A DNA stretch of 64,000 bases from Bugula neritina (lineage: Eukaryota; Animalia; Bryozoa), in NCBI GenBank assembly GCA_964035545.1, contig OZ037768.1, forward strand, positions 496,001-560,000, written 5' to 3'. The notes below the pieces were generated by a model, which saw nothing but the letters and a program-made list of their open reading frames with translations, searched no databases and had not been told where the DNA came from. This document shows positions 51,433 to 64,000 of the stretch, in pieces. Within the stretch, counting starts at the first letter, position 1. Every line of letters starts with the position of its first letter. Made by a program: the position numbers and the translations under genes.

Positions 51433-52675
51433 CGTTATACTAAAATGAACAATTCTTAGGTTGGTATACCCTCCATTATCACTACCACTACCTCTTAGTC
51501 TTGATAATAAAAATATCAATATACTTATTCCGTATAAGTTACACTGAGTATAACTTATAATTATAGTAACAACCTGCCTACAGTAAATGATACCTAAAAC
51601 TAAAAGCAAATGTATCACTATTAAGTAGTATCAATTATGTAATCCAGTAAATGTAATGTAATTCTGTTTAACAATTACAATCACAATCAATGAGTGAATG
51701 ACGATGTAAAACTAAATATCTATAACAAATTGAGACAAATTTTAGACAAACGAATATTATACAAATAATATAATAATTATTGCAAATATATATATATATA
51801 TTATTCGGAGTGAGCTCTAATTATTAATAATATATTAGATTTAACTGACAAGTGTTCACTACGAGTGTGACTAGTTAACATTTAGGAGCAGTAGTGGAGA
51901 AATTGAGATAGTCTAAGTTCTTCAATTTTATTATTAAACTTCAACTAGCCAATCAATGAACTCGAAATAATATCCTTTTCAAGTTCATTTTAGCCAATCG
52001 TGATTATTCTCGGCAGTTCCATTTTTAACCATTCTATCTCATTGCCAAAGCTGGCATTTTTTCCTTTACCCCATCATCATTATGATTATCATCATACTTA
52101 TTAACTTAATCTTATATACATAGTTGCTTATTAACTCATTGATATTTATATTTGCTTTAAACTCAAACTTTGCCTCATCGTATGCCTAAAAGTGAAATTG
52201 GAGAGGGCTTGAGTTTGACAGACTTGCAGTAGTTTTTAGTTATGCTTAAACTTAAACTTATACTTAATCTTATAGTTATACTCATTGTTAATTATTAAAT
52301 TTAATTATTAACATAAACTTTGTCGTGGTGATTGTCATTGTGTTATTACTGAGTAATATTATTAGACTTAGTATAACTATAAGTATTAGTATTACTTATT
52401 GTTACATGTTACACTGTAATAATATATAATCTTATGATTAAAATTGTTATCATTTATCTTATTTAGTCTAAACTGTAACCGTAAAAATGATCATCATACT
52501 TCAGTTCATAGACATATAAGTTATAACTATAAGAAGTACCTATTACTATTAGTATTAAATTTAATGAAGTATTGTATATATGATAATAATTAGTTTGTAC
52601 TTGTAGTGTTTATACATTTTTATATCAACTATCAAGTTGAATATGTTTCAGAAAGAGATCTTAGAAAAAATTAGA
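51433..52675. promoter_or_regulatory. Probable bidirectional promoter between PDCL and PPIL1
   Basis: Divergent start codons 1.24 kb apart; two AGCCAATC (CCAAT) boxes at ~51947 and ~51992. Confidence 0.6.
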
Positions 52676-53681
52676 ATGAGTGGTATACCTCCCAAAAGTT
52701 GGCAGCCACCTACAGTGCTTATGCAAACCACGTAAGTATTCAAAGTTATTCACAATTTTCTCTAGTTACCTCTAACAAGGTCAATTACATCTGTAAAGTT
52801 TATTGTCTAAAATCAATGATTGTAGGATGGGGGATATAGAAATTGAGCTATACTGGAAACACTGCCCAAACACTTGCAGAAACTTTGCTGAGCTTGCCAA
52901 AAGAGGCTACTATAATGGAGTTATATTCCACAGAATTATAAGAAACTTTATGGTTCAAGGAGGTGACCCAACTGGAACTGGTAAGGATAATAACATGCGC
53001 CACTAAATACAACCTTATTTCTATTTCCACCGCATACACTGTATTATATGGAGTGAGCTGCTGGTGCAATGCTACTTGAAGTCTTCTAATAAAAAATGAT
53101 GTTTGAATGTAAATTGATTTAAACTAAACGAAAGTGCAGATAATTTGTGTCCATTATCTACATTCTACTGGATAGTTTAAAAAGTGATGCCTCTACTACA
53201 TACAATTTTTCCAAGTTATGAATGAGCAACTTGAAATTCACAACACATGTGTTTCTGGCATTTACCAGGAAGAGGCGGAGCTTCAATTTACGGGAAGGAA
53301 TTTGATGACGAAATACATGAAGACCTGAAGCATAGCGGTGAGTTACTCTTGAGAAGCAAATGCAACATGCTTTCCATTTCACCATGTCAGAGCACTGCAA
53401 CAGCTCTATTTGTAATCTTTCATTATGATAGAGAAAAATGAATTGTTTGTCAACTTGTAGGAGCAGGCATACTGTCCATGGCTAATAGTGGACCCAATAC
53501 CAATGGCAGCCAGTTCTTTATTACATTAGCTCCAACCCAGTGGCTGGATAGCAAACATGCTATATTTGGTCGTGTAAGCAGTGGTATGACGGTGGTGAAA
53601 ATGATGGGCATGGTAGAAACAGATAAAGATGACAAACCAACTGTTGATGTTAAGATTATCAAGTGCCAAGTGCAGCTGTAA
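52676..53681 (+). CDS. PPIL1: Peptidyl-prolyl cis-trans isomerase-like 1 (spliceosomal cyclophilin); exons 52676-52731, 52826-52980, 53269-53337, 53461-53681
   Basis: [95 protein letters not shown]. Confidence 0.96.
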
Positions 53682-54436
53682 CTAGATACTAGACCATACC
53701 TGGCATAGCGGAAAGCACTATTACCTATAGAGAGCATTAACCTTGAACCTATACATTTTATATTTATGTAACTACTTGTAAATACAGTGTAAATATTCTA
53801 TCCACTTCTGGCAATACACACTTGTGCAGTAAATCAACAAATCCAGGAAATGCAGAGGTTAAACTCCATTTATTATTAATTTTCTAGTCAACAAAATCTA
53901 ATAATATGCCTTGCACTGAGGCTGATAGTGCAAACTGGCTACAGTATATAAAGTAGCAATGCTAGGTGAAGATAGAAAGGAAAAAATGGGTCAAAATTAA
54001 TAAGTAAGCTATGCTAAAGGTGAACACGAATGACAGCAAAAAGTACAAAGTTTATGAAAAGAACACTACACTTAAAACACATCAAAAAGTTACTGTTAAC
54101 CGTCAGTTCATTTAAACTGAAAACTTCGCTAGTTATCTAAAACTAAGTTAGTATTTGTATCTAGAAAATGGTACTGTAATGTGTGGGTGGCTGGACGTCT
54201 CCTAGTCTAACCCTGAGTGACAGCGTAAAACATATAGCCTTAGATTGTCATGTCATTGGCTAACAAATGAAGCACACCCCCTACTGCAGTACTAATTATT
54301 CAAGTGCCAGGAAAAGCTACAATACATCAAGTTGTGCAGCCAGTTCAACAATATCACCATCGAGTGCGTCAACAGAACAACAAATAATCAACGCAACTGT
54401 CTGAAGGAAGAATAAGTTAGTAGGCAATGAGCATGG

Positions 54437-54777
54437 TAATCAGTAGACACTGTAGGTACAGTATATACTGTAGGTAATCAGTATATACTGTAGGTAATCA
54501 GTATATACTGTAGGTAATCAGTAGACACTGTAGGTAATCAGTATATACTGTAGGTTATCAGTATACACTGTAGGTAATCAGTATATACTGTAGGTAATCA
54601 GTATATACTGTAGGTAATCAGTAGACACTGTAGGTAATCAGTAGACACTGTAGGTAATCAGTATATACTGTAGGTAATCAGTATATACTGTAGGTAATCA
54701 GTATACACTGTAGGTAATCAGCATATACTGTAGGTAATCAGTATATACTGTAGGTAATCAGTAGACACTGTAGGTAA
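54437..54777. repeat. 20-bp array ATCAGTATATACTGTAGGTA, about 17 copies
   Basis: Direct inspection. Confidence 0.92.
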
Positions 54778-54911
54778 CAAAACAATCATGCTTCTGGGAC
54801 AGTACACCAGGTATAAAAATACAAGTTACATGGTCAGTGCACAAACATCATGTCTCAGTATGAAGGCCATAAAATAGAAAACTAGAGCCAGGTAATGACA
54901 TAAAACACAGT

Positions 54912-55744
54912 TGGTGTATAGGAGTGGTGTATAGGGGTGGTGTATAGGGGTGGTGTATAGGGGTGGTGTATAGGAGTGGTGTATAGGAGTGGTGTATAGG
55001 AGTGGTGTATAGGAGTGGTGTATAGGAGTGGTGTATAGGAGTGGTGTATAGGAGTGGTGTATAGGAGTGGTGTATAGGAGTGGTGTATAGGGGTGGTGTA
55101 TAGGAGTGGTGTATAGGGGTGGTGTATAGGGGTGGTGTATAGGGGTGGTGTATAGGGGTGGTGTATAGGAGTGGTGTATAGGGGTGGTGTATAGGAGTGG
55201 TGTATAAGAGTGGTGTATAGGAGTGGTGTATAGGAGTGGTGTATAGGAGTGGTGTATAGGAGTGGTGTATAGGAGTGGTGTATAGGGGTGGTGTATAGGA
55301 GTGGTGTATAGGGGTGGTGTATAGGGGTGGTGTATAGGGGTGGTGTATAGGGGTGGTGTATAGGAGTGGTGTATAGGAGTGGTGTATAGGAGTGGTGTAT
55401 AGGAGTGGTGTATAGGAGTGGTGTATAGGAGTGGTGTATAGGGGTGGTGTATAGGAGTGGTGTATAGGAGTGGTGTATAGGAGTGGTGTATAGGAGTGGT
55501 GTATAGGAGTGGTGTATAGGAGTGGTGTATAGGGGTGGTGTATAGGAGTGGTGTATAGGGGTGGTGTATAGGGGTGGTGTATAGGGGTGGTGTATAGGGG
55601 TGGTGTATAGGAGTGGTGTATAGGAGTGGTGTATAGGGGTGGTGTATAGGAGTGGTGTATAGGAGTGGTGTATAGGGGTGGTGTATAGGAGTGGTGTATA
55701 GGGGTGGTGTATAGGAGTGGTGTATAAGAGTGGTGTATAGGGGT
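54912..55744. repeat. 13-bp G-rich array GGTGTATAGG(A/G)GT, about 64 copies
   Basis: Direct inspection. Confidence 0.95.
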
Positions 55745-56032
55745 GCACCAACTGTTGAGAGTAAAACAGCATGATAGGAGCGCAGTAAACAGAGTGTCAC
55801 AGCTCCTATAATACATAGTAAGTAACGATATGTACATACATTTGATACAGAGGGCTTGTATATCTGGAAACAACATGTACAAAAAGGGTAACTTAAGACT
55901 AGAAAACTCCCCATCATGTAAAAGTGAGATGTTAGGAGTACTGGCTATCATTTGCTGTAAAGGGAGACTGAGACGGTGGAAGCCATAGAAACTACTGAAT
56001 ACTGCGTGTTACAGTGCCGTCTGCACCATCAG

Positions 56033-59000
56033 CTAGATGCTGCCGTTTAGATGTCCAATCTCATTAGCTGCCACCTCTTCACCTTTAACCTTCAACAACA
56101 CGTGTCAGTATGTATCATAATGTATCAGCATGTATCATAATGTATCAGCATGTATCACTAGTTTGAAAGACAATTAGTGACATCACATCAGTATATGAAA
56201 GGCTAGACAATACGCTGAATATTATAAATAACTCCTGTTAAATAAAAAGCAATTCAAAGCTCACCTCATCCTTTGTTGCTATGACAACAGCCTGTTTGCC
56301 AGGATGAGAGTTATTCTGTGTTGTGTTCTGAGATCTGTTTTTGTTCTCGTTATGATGATTCTAGAACGGCAAGGAATAGTATAGCATTTGCTCAGTGTAA
56401 CTCTCTCAGTGTCACTCTCTTTCTCAATCACTCTCTCAGTGTCACTCTCTCAGTGTCACTCTCCCAGTGTCACTCACTTAGTGTTACTCTCTCAGTGTCA
56501 CTCACTCAGTCTTACTCACTCATGGTCACTCTCCCAGTGTCACTCACTCAGTGTCACTCTCCCAGTGCCACTCTCTCTCTCAGTTACTCTCTCAGTGTTA
56601 CTCTCTCAGTGTTACTCTCTCAGTGTCACTCACTTAGTGTTACTATACAATTATACTATTAATATTGCTACTACTAATATTACTGCTACTACTACTACTG
56701 CTACAATTACTAGTACTGCTACTAATAATACTGCTACTACCAATACTACTGCTACCACTAGTACTACTAGTACTTTTGCTACTACTACTAATAATAATAA
56801 TAATACTACTGCTACTACTATTACTACTACTAATAATAATACTGCTACTACTACTATTACTACTACTAATAATAATACTACTATTACTACTACTAGTACT
56901 AGTACTGCTACTACCAATACTACTGCTACCACTAGTACTACTACTACTACTACTACTACAGTTCAACATACATGTCTGTTATGATGATAGCCATGCTTCT
57001 TCTTTGGATTGTTACGACTAGCTTGAGCACCTAAGTTAGGGAGACTAGACTGCTCCTCCCCAGTCACATTGAACTCTGCGGGCTTGTGGGGCTGACCACC
57101 CTTACCATTGGGTCGAGGGCCCCAAGTGGCTACAACCTGGCCAGCAACCTGTCATTACAACGGCAGAGTAAGTAATGCATGGTATTGCGAGTAATGCAAT
57201 AGTGCATGTGTGAGTATTACAAGATATTGGGAAAGCTATATCACAGTGTAGCCATGAAGCTGAATAATAAATATAGCCTTAGAACCAACCTGTAACTTTC
57301 CTCCCCGGCCATCTAATCTTGAGTTTACTGGAGCAAACTCTCCCATCAAACTTCCTTTATCTAAACAGACAGAGGAGTGGAGAGATTATAACTCTGACTC
57401 AGTATCACTCTGACTCAGTATCACTCTGACTCAGTGTCACTCTGACTCAGTATCACTCTGACTCAGTATCACTCTGACTCACTATCACTCTGACTCAGTA
57501 TCACTCTGACTCAGTATCACTCTAACTCAGTATCACTCTGACTCAGTATCACTCTGACTCAGTGTCACTCTGACTCAGTATCACTCTGACTAAGTTAATA
57601 CATCTATTGACTACATGAAGGTATAACAAGAAAGCGTGTCAGTTGAAAGCCTTACTTCGCCCAATGTGAGGTGGTCTAAGATATGCGGTAGGGTTGGGGA
57701 ACATACGCCCCGATAAGTTGTTTGCAAAAGAGAAAGGGAAGCCAAGGTATTTGTCGCTGAGCTTGTTCTCCAATCCATAAAACACGGCTTGACGCAGCTT
57801 CTCCATCATAATGACTTGAGCCATCTACAGAGCAGCAATAATACTATATTACAGTGGGCTATAGATACTGTAGCATAAATTATAAAATAGAACATTTCCA
57901 GTTGATAGAAATAAATTCCGTAGACAGAACGACTCACCTGGCCATCACAGAGGTCCAGCCGATGAAACTGCAGAGTTGTAGATGCTTTAAGTAGTTTGTA
58001 CTGGAGCAGCTTTCCGTCAAAGTAGCCCCACGGGAAGGTATTGTTTACGTGTATTGGAGCGCCACACGTGTCGTTAACCAACATGGCGTGTTGTATGCCG
58101 GCCATAACTAGACTGGCGACGTGAACACCTCGTGGTGTTACCAGCGGCAACTGTAAGTACATTAACAAAGAATAAGTATATCAAGAGAGAGTAAGTATAT
58201 CTGGTAGATAGAGTAAGTATATCATGAGAGAGTAAGTATATCTGGTAGATAGAGTAAGTATATCTGGTAGATAGAGTAAGTATATCTGGTAGATAGAGTA
58301 AGTATATCTGGTAGATAGAGTGAGTATATCTGGTAGAGAGAGTAAGTATATCTGGTAGATAGAGTAAGTATATCTGGTAGATAGAGTAAGCATATCTGGT
58401 AGATAGAGTAAGCATATCTGGTAGATAGAGTAAGCATATCTGGTAGATAGAGTAAGCATATCTGGTAGATAGAGTAAGTATATCTGGTAGATAGAGTAAG
58501 TATATCTGGTAGATAGAGTAAGTATATCTGGTAGATAGAGTGAGTATATCTGGTAGAGAGAGTAAGTATATCTGGTAGATAGAGTAAGTATATCTGGTAG
58601 ATAGAGTTAGTATATCAACAGGAAGTAGTGAGTGAGCATGTGCACACTGACCTGCATATCCTGCATTGTCTGCACATCAAACAGCACGTCAGACGTAGTC
58701 ATAGCGAGGACTGCATCCACTTCAGGGACAGACAACTCCGCAGACTCACACTTCAGTAGATACCTGCAGGATAGTAGTAAGCTTGCAGTTACCTGAGCAT
58801 TTGAGAGGAACACAGATACCTGTACACATGGTAGGCTTGCAATTACCTGAGCACACAGCATATGAGGAGGAATTTCTCCGGCACGTGACTGGGGTTGGTC
58901 ATGAAGGGGTTGGGGCCGAGTTGCATGCAGCTGAAGAAGGCTTTCATCCTCCGCAGTTTGTTCTCCGGTTTCACCCCCAGCCAGAGACTCTCAATGCTGG

Positions 59001-62000
59001 GCACTGGCCACTGTACTGGAGTTACCTCCACATCAAACTTCAGTTCCGCACCAACAGGTCCGAGATAGTGTTCGGTGATGTTTACCTTGACGTCTTCTGT
59101 AAGAGGGGGCCAGGTATCAGTATATACAGTACTAGTACTATATACAGTACTGGTAGTATCACTAGTACTATATACAGTACTGGTAGTATCACTAGTACTA
59201 TATACAGTACTGGTAGTATAACTAGTACTAGTACTGTATACAGTACTGGTAGTATAACTAGTACTAGTACTGTATACAGTACTAGTACTAGTGATACTAG
59301 TACTAGTACTGTATACACTATACATAGTACCAAACAATGATTACCTGGGTTAACAGAACAGCCGCTCTGCTCAGCTAACTGCTTAGTGTCGTATGTGTAC
59401 TTGGTGAGGTTGTGCAGAATGGCATAAACAGATCTGCGAATTGGTCGGTATATCTCGATGATGGTCTTACTGTCGCTCTCTGTCAGCGCAGAAGTTTGTT
59501 CAATGTAGCACGGCAGCCTGACCTCTCTCTGCAACAGAGCAGCACCTGAGTGAGAGTGACACACACCTGAGTGAGAGTGACACACACCTGAGTGAGAGTG
59601 ACACACACCTGAGTGAGAGTGACACACACCTGAGTGAGAGTGACACACACCTGAGTGAGAGTGACACACCTGAGTGAAAGTGACACACACCTGAGTGAGA
59701 GTGACACACACCTGAGTGAGAGTGACACACACCTGAGTGAAAGTGACACACACCTGAGTGAAAATGACACACACCTGAGTAAGAGCTTGTACAATTACGG
59801 GCGACATGAGTCCCTTTCTATGTCTGTCAATAGAGAGGTTGACGATGGCGTCGTTAGGGCAGATGACAATGTGGAGCTTAGAGGGGGTACTTGAGTCCTC
59901 CTGTAACAGAGGAGAAGTAGAAGGTGCACAGGCTATACACCCTGACTACACACTGCGCTGTATTACTGACACTTCCTATTGGCTTACAGTAGTGTACAGT
60001 CTCAATCACTGATAATCAATCAATAGATCAATCAGCTGATGACTCACTTCATGGTTTTCATTGACCTGCAGATCTGCCATGTCTTGAGTCACTGCGTCAG
60101 CATCTGTCAGCTTTGTAGCCTCTTTTTCAGTCCCGGCATCACCTTCCTGAATCCCAATATAAATACACAATCATATCGATATGATTGTATTGATATATCA
60201 ATACAATCATATCGATATGATTGTATTGATATAATGATACAATCATATCGATATGATTGTATCATTATATCAATACAATCATATCGATATGATTGTATCA
60301 TTATATCAATACAATCATATCGATATGATTGTATCATTATATCAATACAATCATATCGATGCGACTGATACAACTATAGAGTCGACTGACCGACACACTA
60401 ACAAGCTCAGTGAAGAATCTTAAAGAAAACCTCACCAAGCAAAGCCGCTGTACCTTCACAACAGCAACTCTACCTCCACAACAGCTGCTGTACCTCCACA
60501 ACAGCTGCTCTACCTGCACACAATGGTCACCTCGGCAGGTGTAGGACAACTCCTGATGTTGCTCCATTTTAACCCAAAAGACACGATTTGTTTCGTGGAC
60601 TAAGAAGTGTCTCTACCTGTCAGGTTAGACTAACTACCACGCACATACCTGAGGTGTGGGGGGTTTCACCTCCGTGCCGTTACTACTGTCCAGAGGTTTT
60701 CTTTGTTTGTCCTTCTGGGATTTCACTGGCTGCACGTCAATTTCACTTCTCTCTGTAATCCAGAAAAGACAGTCTTACATAAAATCCCACACTGTATTAG
60801 CCATTCTTATGACAGAGTATTGTCTGGTCACACACTATACTAGTCTTTTTGATAGTCAGAGTATTGTTTGGTAACAGTTAGAATAGAAAGGACAGACAAA
60901 TCCTTACACCCTAGGAATGAAATAAGAGCCCTCCTGTACTTATACCATCATGTATCAGTTGATAGATGGCTCAATATGACTACAGAGTGATATGGGAGAA
61001 CAGAAAGTACTTTAACACATGACGCAAGGCCAACAATCACACCCCTTTGGCTGTTTCCCTTCTGCATTGCCAGCAGTTAGACGACAAAGTAGTGTGTTGG
61101 TAAGACATACGCTGGTGCTAGTAGAAGTGAGGAGAGAAAGTAGTGTGTTGGTAAGACATACGCTGGTGCTAGTAGAAGTGAGGAGAGAAAGTAGTGTGTT
61201 GGTAAGACATACGCTGGTGCTAGTAGAAGTGAGGAGAGAAAGTAGTGTGTTGGTAAGACATACGCTGGTGCTAGTAGAAGTGAGGAGAGAAAGTAGTGTG
61301 TTGGTAAGACATACGCTGGTGCTAGTAGAAGTGAGGAGACAAAGTAGTGTGTTGGTAAGACATACGCTGGTGCTAGTAGAAGTGAGGAGAGACTCACCAA
61401 CAGAAGTTGCCTCCTTCTTTTTAGTTCCAATCAATTGGTAATATTCTAAGCTGAGTTTCAGTTTAGCAGACAACTCCTTCATATTAGCGGCATTTCCTTG
61501 GCACACTGCATTCCCAACAGCCTCGGCATCTTTCGGGTCTTCTAGTCGCTTCACAAACTCAATTAGCTGGTTTATAGTACAAGCCTCGGTTTCCTGCGCA
61601 CAAATATGGAACAGAGGCTACATTTGCAGTCCCTCGGTTAACAGGCCAAGAGATGAAATAACAGATATACAATATAAATAAGGTTTTTCCTTACATGTTG
61701 TAAAATACTATAGAATAGTTTTAGGCAGTGTGTACTTTACAACACTGAACATTATCCCTGAGTGAGTATTACTGTACAACTGAGTGCAACTGTGTACTCT
61801 ACTGACACCGTACTGGTACAGAGAGAGGAACATTTAGTAGTGCTATATTACTGTGCTACAGTATTGCAATACGGTGTACTATAGTACTGTGCTACGGTGT
61901 GCTATAGTACTGTGCTACTGTGTGCTATAGTACTGTGCTACGGTGTACTATAGTACTGTGCTACGGTGTGCTATAGTACTGTGCTACTGTGTACTATAGT

Positions 62001-63116
62001 ACTGTGCTACGGTGTGCTATAGTACTGTGCTACTGTGTGCTATAGTACTGTGCTACTGTGTACTATAGTACTGTGCTACGGTGTGCTATAGTACTGTGCT
62101 ACTGTGTACTATAGTACTGTGCTACGGTGTACTATAGTACTGTGCTACTGTGTACTATAGTACTGTGCTACTGTGTACTATAGCTCACAGTAGTACAGTA
62201 CTATAGTACACAGTAGTACTGTACTACTGTGTACTATAGTACTGTACTACTGTGAGCTATAGTACTGTACTACTGTGTACTATAGTACTGTACTACTGTG
62301 AGCTATAGTACTGTACTACTGTGTACTATAGTACTGTACTACTGTGAGCTATAGTACTGTACTACTGTGTACTATAGTACTGTACTACTGTGAGCTATAG
62401 TACTGTACTACTGTGTACTATAGTACTGTACTACTGTGAGCTATAGTACTGTACTACTGTGTACTATAGTACTTTGCTGGTACAGAGAGAGGAACATTTA
62501 GTAGTGCTATATTACTGTGCTACAGTATTGCAATACGGTGTACTATAGTACTGTGCTACTGTGTACTATAGTACTGTGCTACTGTGTGCTATAGTACTGT
62601 GCTACTGTGTGCTATAGTACTGTGCTGGTACAGATTGAGGATCATTTAGTAGTTATCTCACCTCGACTGTGCGTTTCTCTTCTGTGTCTTGAGCAGTGAG
62701 CCCCGAGTGGAAGTCGGCAAGGAGCTCCGGAGTTAGTATGTGATTCCCTGTCAACATTCACGAGTCAGAGAGAACCGAGAAAACAGAAGAGGAGACAACT
62801 ACCATAGCTTAGTAATGAGAAGATAACTCTAACTATGTAGAGAACACATAGACTGGGTTCTTACCGAGTAAGGAGGCAAGTAGGGGCCAGTGTGCAGGCT
62901 TGAGGTCTTTATCTGACAGCATCTTCTGTAGAAATAGCTCTTTGGTTTCTAGACTGCCCTTGTAGGTGAGTTTGAGAGAGCGGGCAGAGAAAATTCTACA
63001 CGACTTGAGCAGAGCGAAGCCAGAATCGTCAGTGAGTATTCCGTCAAAGTCGTTGGCCGTCATGTAGGTGGAGACTTCGTTGTAGTAGTCACCGAGAGTA
63101 GAGAACACCGGGATAC
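56033..63116 (-). CDS. FAM120A: FAM120A-like protein (constitutive coactivator of PPAR-gamma family), 5' exons outside the window. Exons include 62865-63116, 62662-62747, 61398-61593, 60648-60753, ~59775-59900, 59344-59528, ~58847-59112, 58652-58763, 57938-58150, ~57655-57825, 57290-57360, 56972-57149, 56265-56360, 56033-56089; two exons near 60065-60615 are less certain
   Basis: IFSARSLKL...LLASLLGNHIL, IYRPIRRSVYAIL, LWLG...RRMKAFFSCM, ICCVLRY, LVNDTCGAP...FPWGYFDGKLLQYKL, LCDGQ, GGKLQVAGQVVATWG match FAM120 family motifs. Confidence 0.88.
58180..58606. repeat. 22-bp intronic array GAGTAAGTATATCTGGTAGATA
   Basis: Direct inspection. Confidence 0.9.
59543..59780. repeat. 21-bp array, about 11 copies, containing the donor junction ACTCAG|GTGTGTGTC
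   Basis: Minus-strand unit ACTCAGGTGTGTGTCACTCTC; real donor at 59775|59774. Confidence 0.92.
60163..60360. repeat. 36-bp array of self-complementary units, about 6 copies
   Basis: Core ATACAATCATATCGATATGATTGTAT is a perfect palindrome. Confidence 0.93.
61086..61392. repeat. 51-bp array, 6 copies, starting just inside the donor at 61397
   Basis: Unit AAAGTAGTGTGTTGGTAAGACATACGCTGGTGCTAGTAGAAGTGAGGAGAG. Confidence 0.92.
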
Positions 63117-63525
63117 CTACAGTTAGAGGGTGGTTAGTAGTAGTAGTAGTTACTAGTATGTACTAGTTAGTAGTATGTAGTAGTTAGTAGTATGTACTAG
63201 TTACTAGTATGTACTAGTTAGTAGTATGTAGTAGTATGTAGTAGTTAGTAGTATGTAGTAGTTAGTAGTATGTACTAGTTAGTAGTATGTACTAGTTAGT
63301 AGTATGTAGTAGTTAGTAGTATGTAGTAGTTAGTAGTATGTAGTAGTACTGAGTATGTAGTAGTTAGTAGTATGTAGTAGTTAGTAGTTAGTAGTATGTA
63401 GTAGTACTGAGTATGTAGTAGTTAGTAGTATGTAGTAGTTAGTATGTAGTAGTTAGTAGTATGTAGTAGTTAGTGTGTAGTAGTTAGTATGTAGTAGTTA
63501 GTAGTACTGAGTATGTACTAGTTAG
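61850..63525. repeat. FAM120A intronic arrays CTATAGTACTGTGCTACTGTGT(A/G) (61850-62625) and TAGTATGTAGTAGT (63135-63525)
   Basis: Direct inspection; exons 62662-62747 and 62865-63116 lie between them. Confidence 0.85.
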
Positions 63526-64000
63526 CACTAAAAACAATATTAGTCTGAATAGTTATTGATTCACAACCGGAGTCTTAAAGAATAGAAATTAGACTATATT
63601 TTTACTAGTTTAAAGACCTCTATTGAATTTATAGTAAAGTCTGGAATAGAGAAGGCACTCTGTGCAGTCAAGGGGGCATTACTACCAACTGAATGACTTG
63701 CTAGAGATACTGCTAACAAATTTAATACGCCACGTAGTATGGCTATTGTAAACAGAGGCCCAATTTGACTGACTTATGAGTATGAGTAACCAGTATTTCT
63801 AGACTAGACAATGCATAGCCTATTCGGTCTCACAATAAAATCTAATTAGCAAGTTCGTTGAGGAATGCACATCTATTGGCTGTCTGCTCTCACATAGACA
63901 CATACCTTCTAGAGGTGAGATTGTTCAACACACTACAACCTGCTCCCACCTGACTGCACTATATTCCACAGCTGTGTGTAGTATAGTTCTAGTTTACTAA

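Noticed and set aside
56313-56360. Apparent premature stop near the FAM120A C-terminus
   Set aside because: Re-reading gives an open frame (NHHNENKNRSQNTTQNNSHPGK) that splices to the final coding exon.
61040-61062. Micro-exon EGKQPK in FAM120A
   Set aside because: Its exit phase is incompatible; 61398 splices in phase directly to 60753.

Overview
AT-rich, intron-rich eukaryotic (invertebrate animal) genomic DNA; the species cannot be identified from the sequence. By splice-aware manual translation the window contains: the 3' part of a Gli/Ci gene (+, ends 8524) with intronic tRNA-Met(CAT), tRNA-Arg(CCT), an internally deleted pogo-like transposon and a MITE; a complete receptor guanylyl cyclase (-, 27306-9657) with TXNDC12/ERp18 nested antisense in one intron; NDUFA8 (+); SPPL3 (-); an unrecognised three-exon ORF inside the probable first intron of SPPL3; an Lhx6/8 (Arrowhead-like) LIM-homeobox gene (-); PDCL (-) head-to-head with PPIL1 (+); and the 3' part of a FAM120A-like gene (-). 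The main unusual feature is that most gene-body introns carry their own private tandem array (about 11-65 bp units). Many arrays start at an exon boundary, and at least nine copy the splice junction itself, often with exon sequence, leaving 5-40 decoy splice sites next to the real one. Most long ORFs in the supplied track are artefacts of these arrays. Exon coordinates were read by eye and may be off by a few bases.
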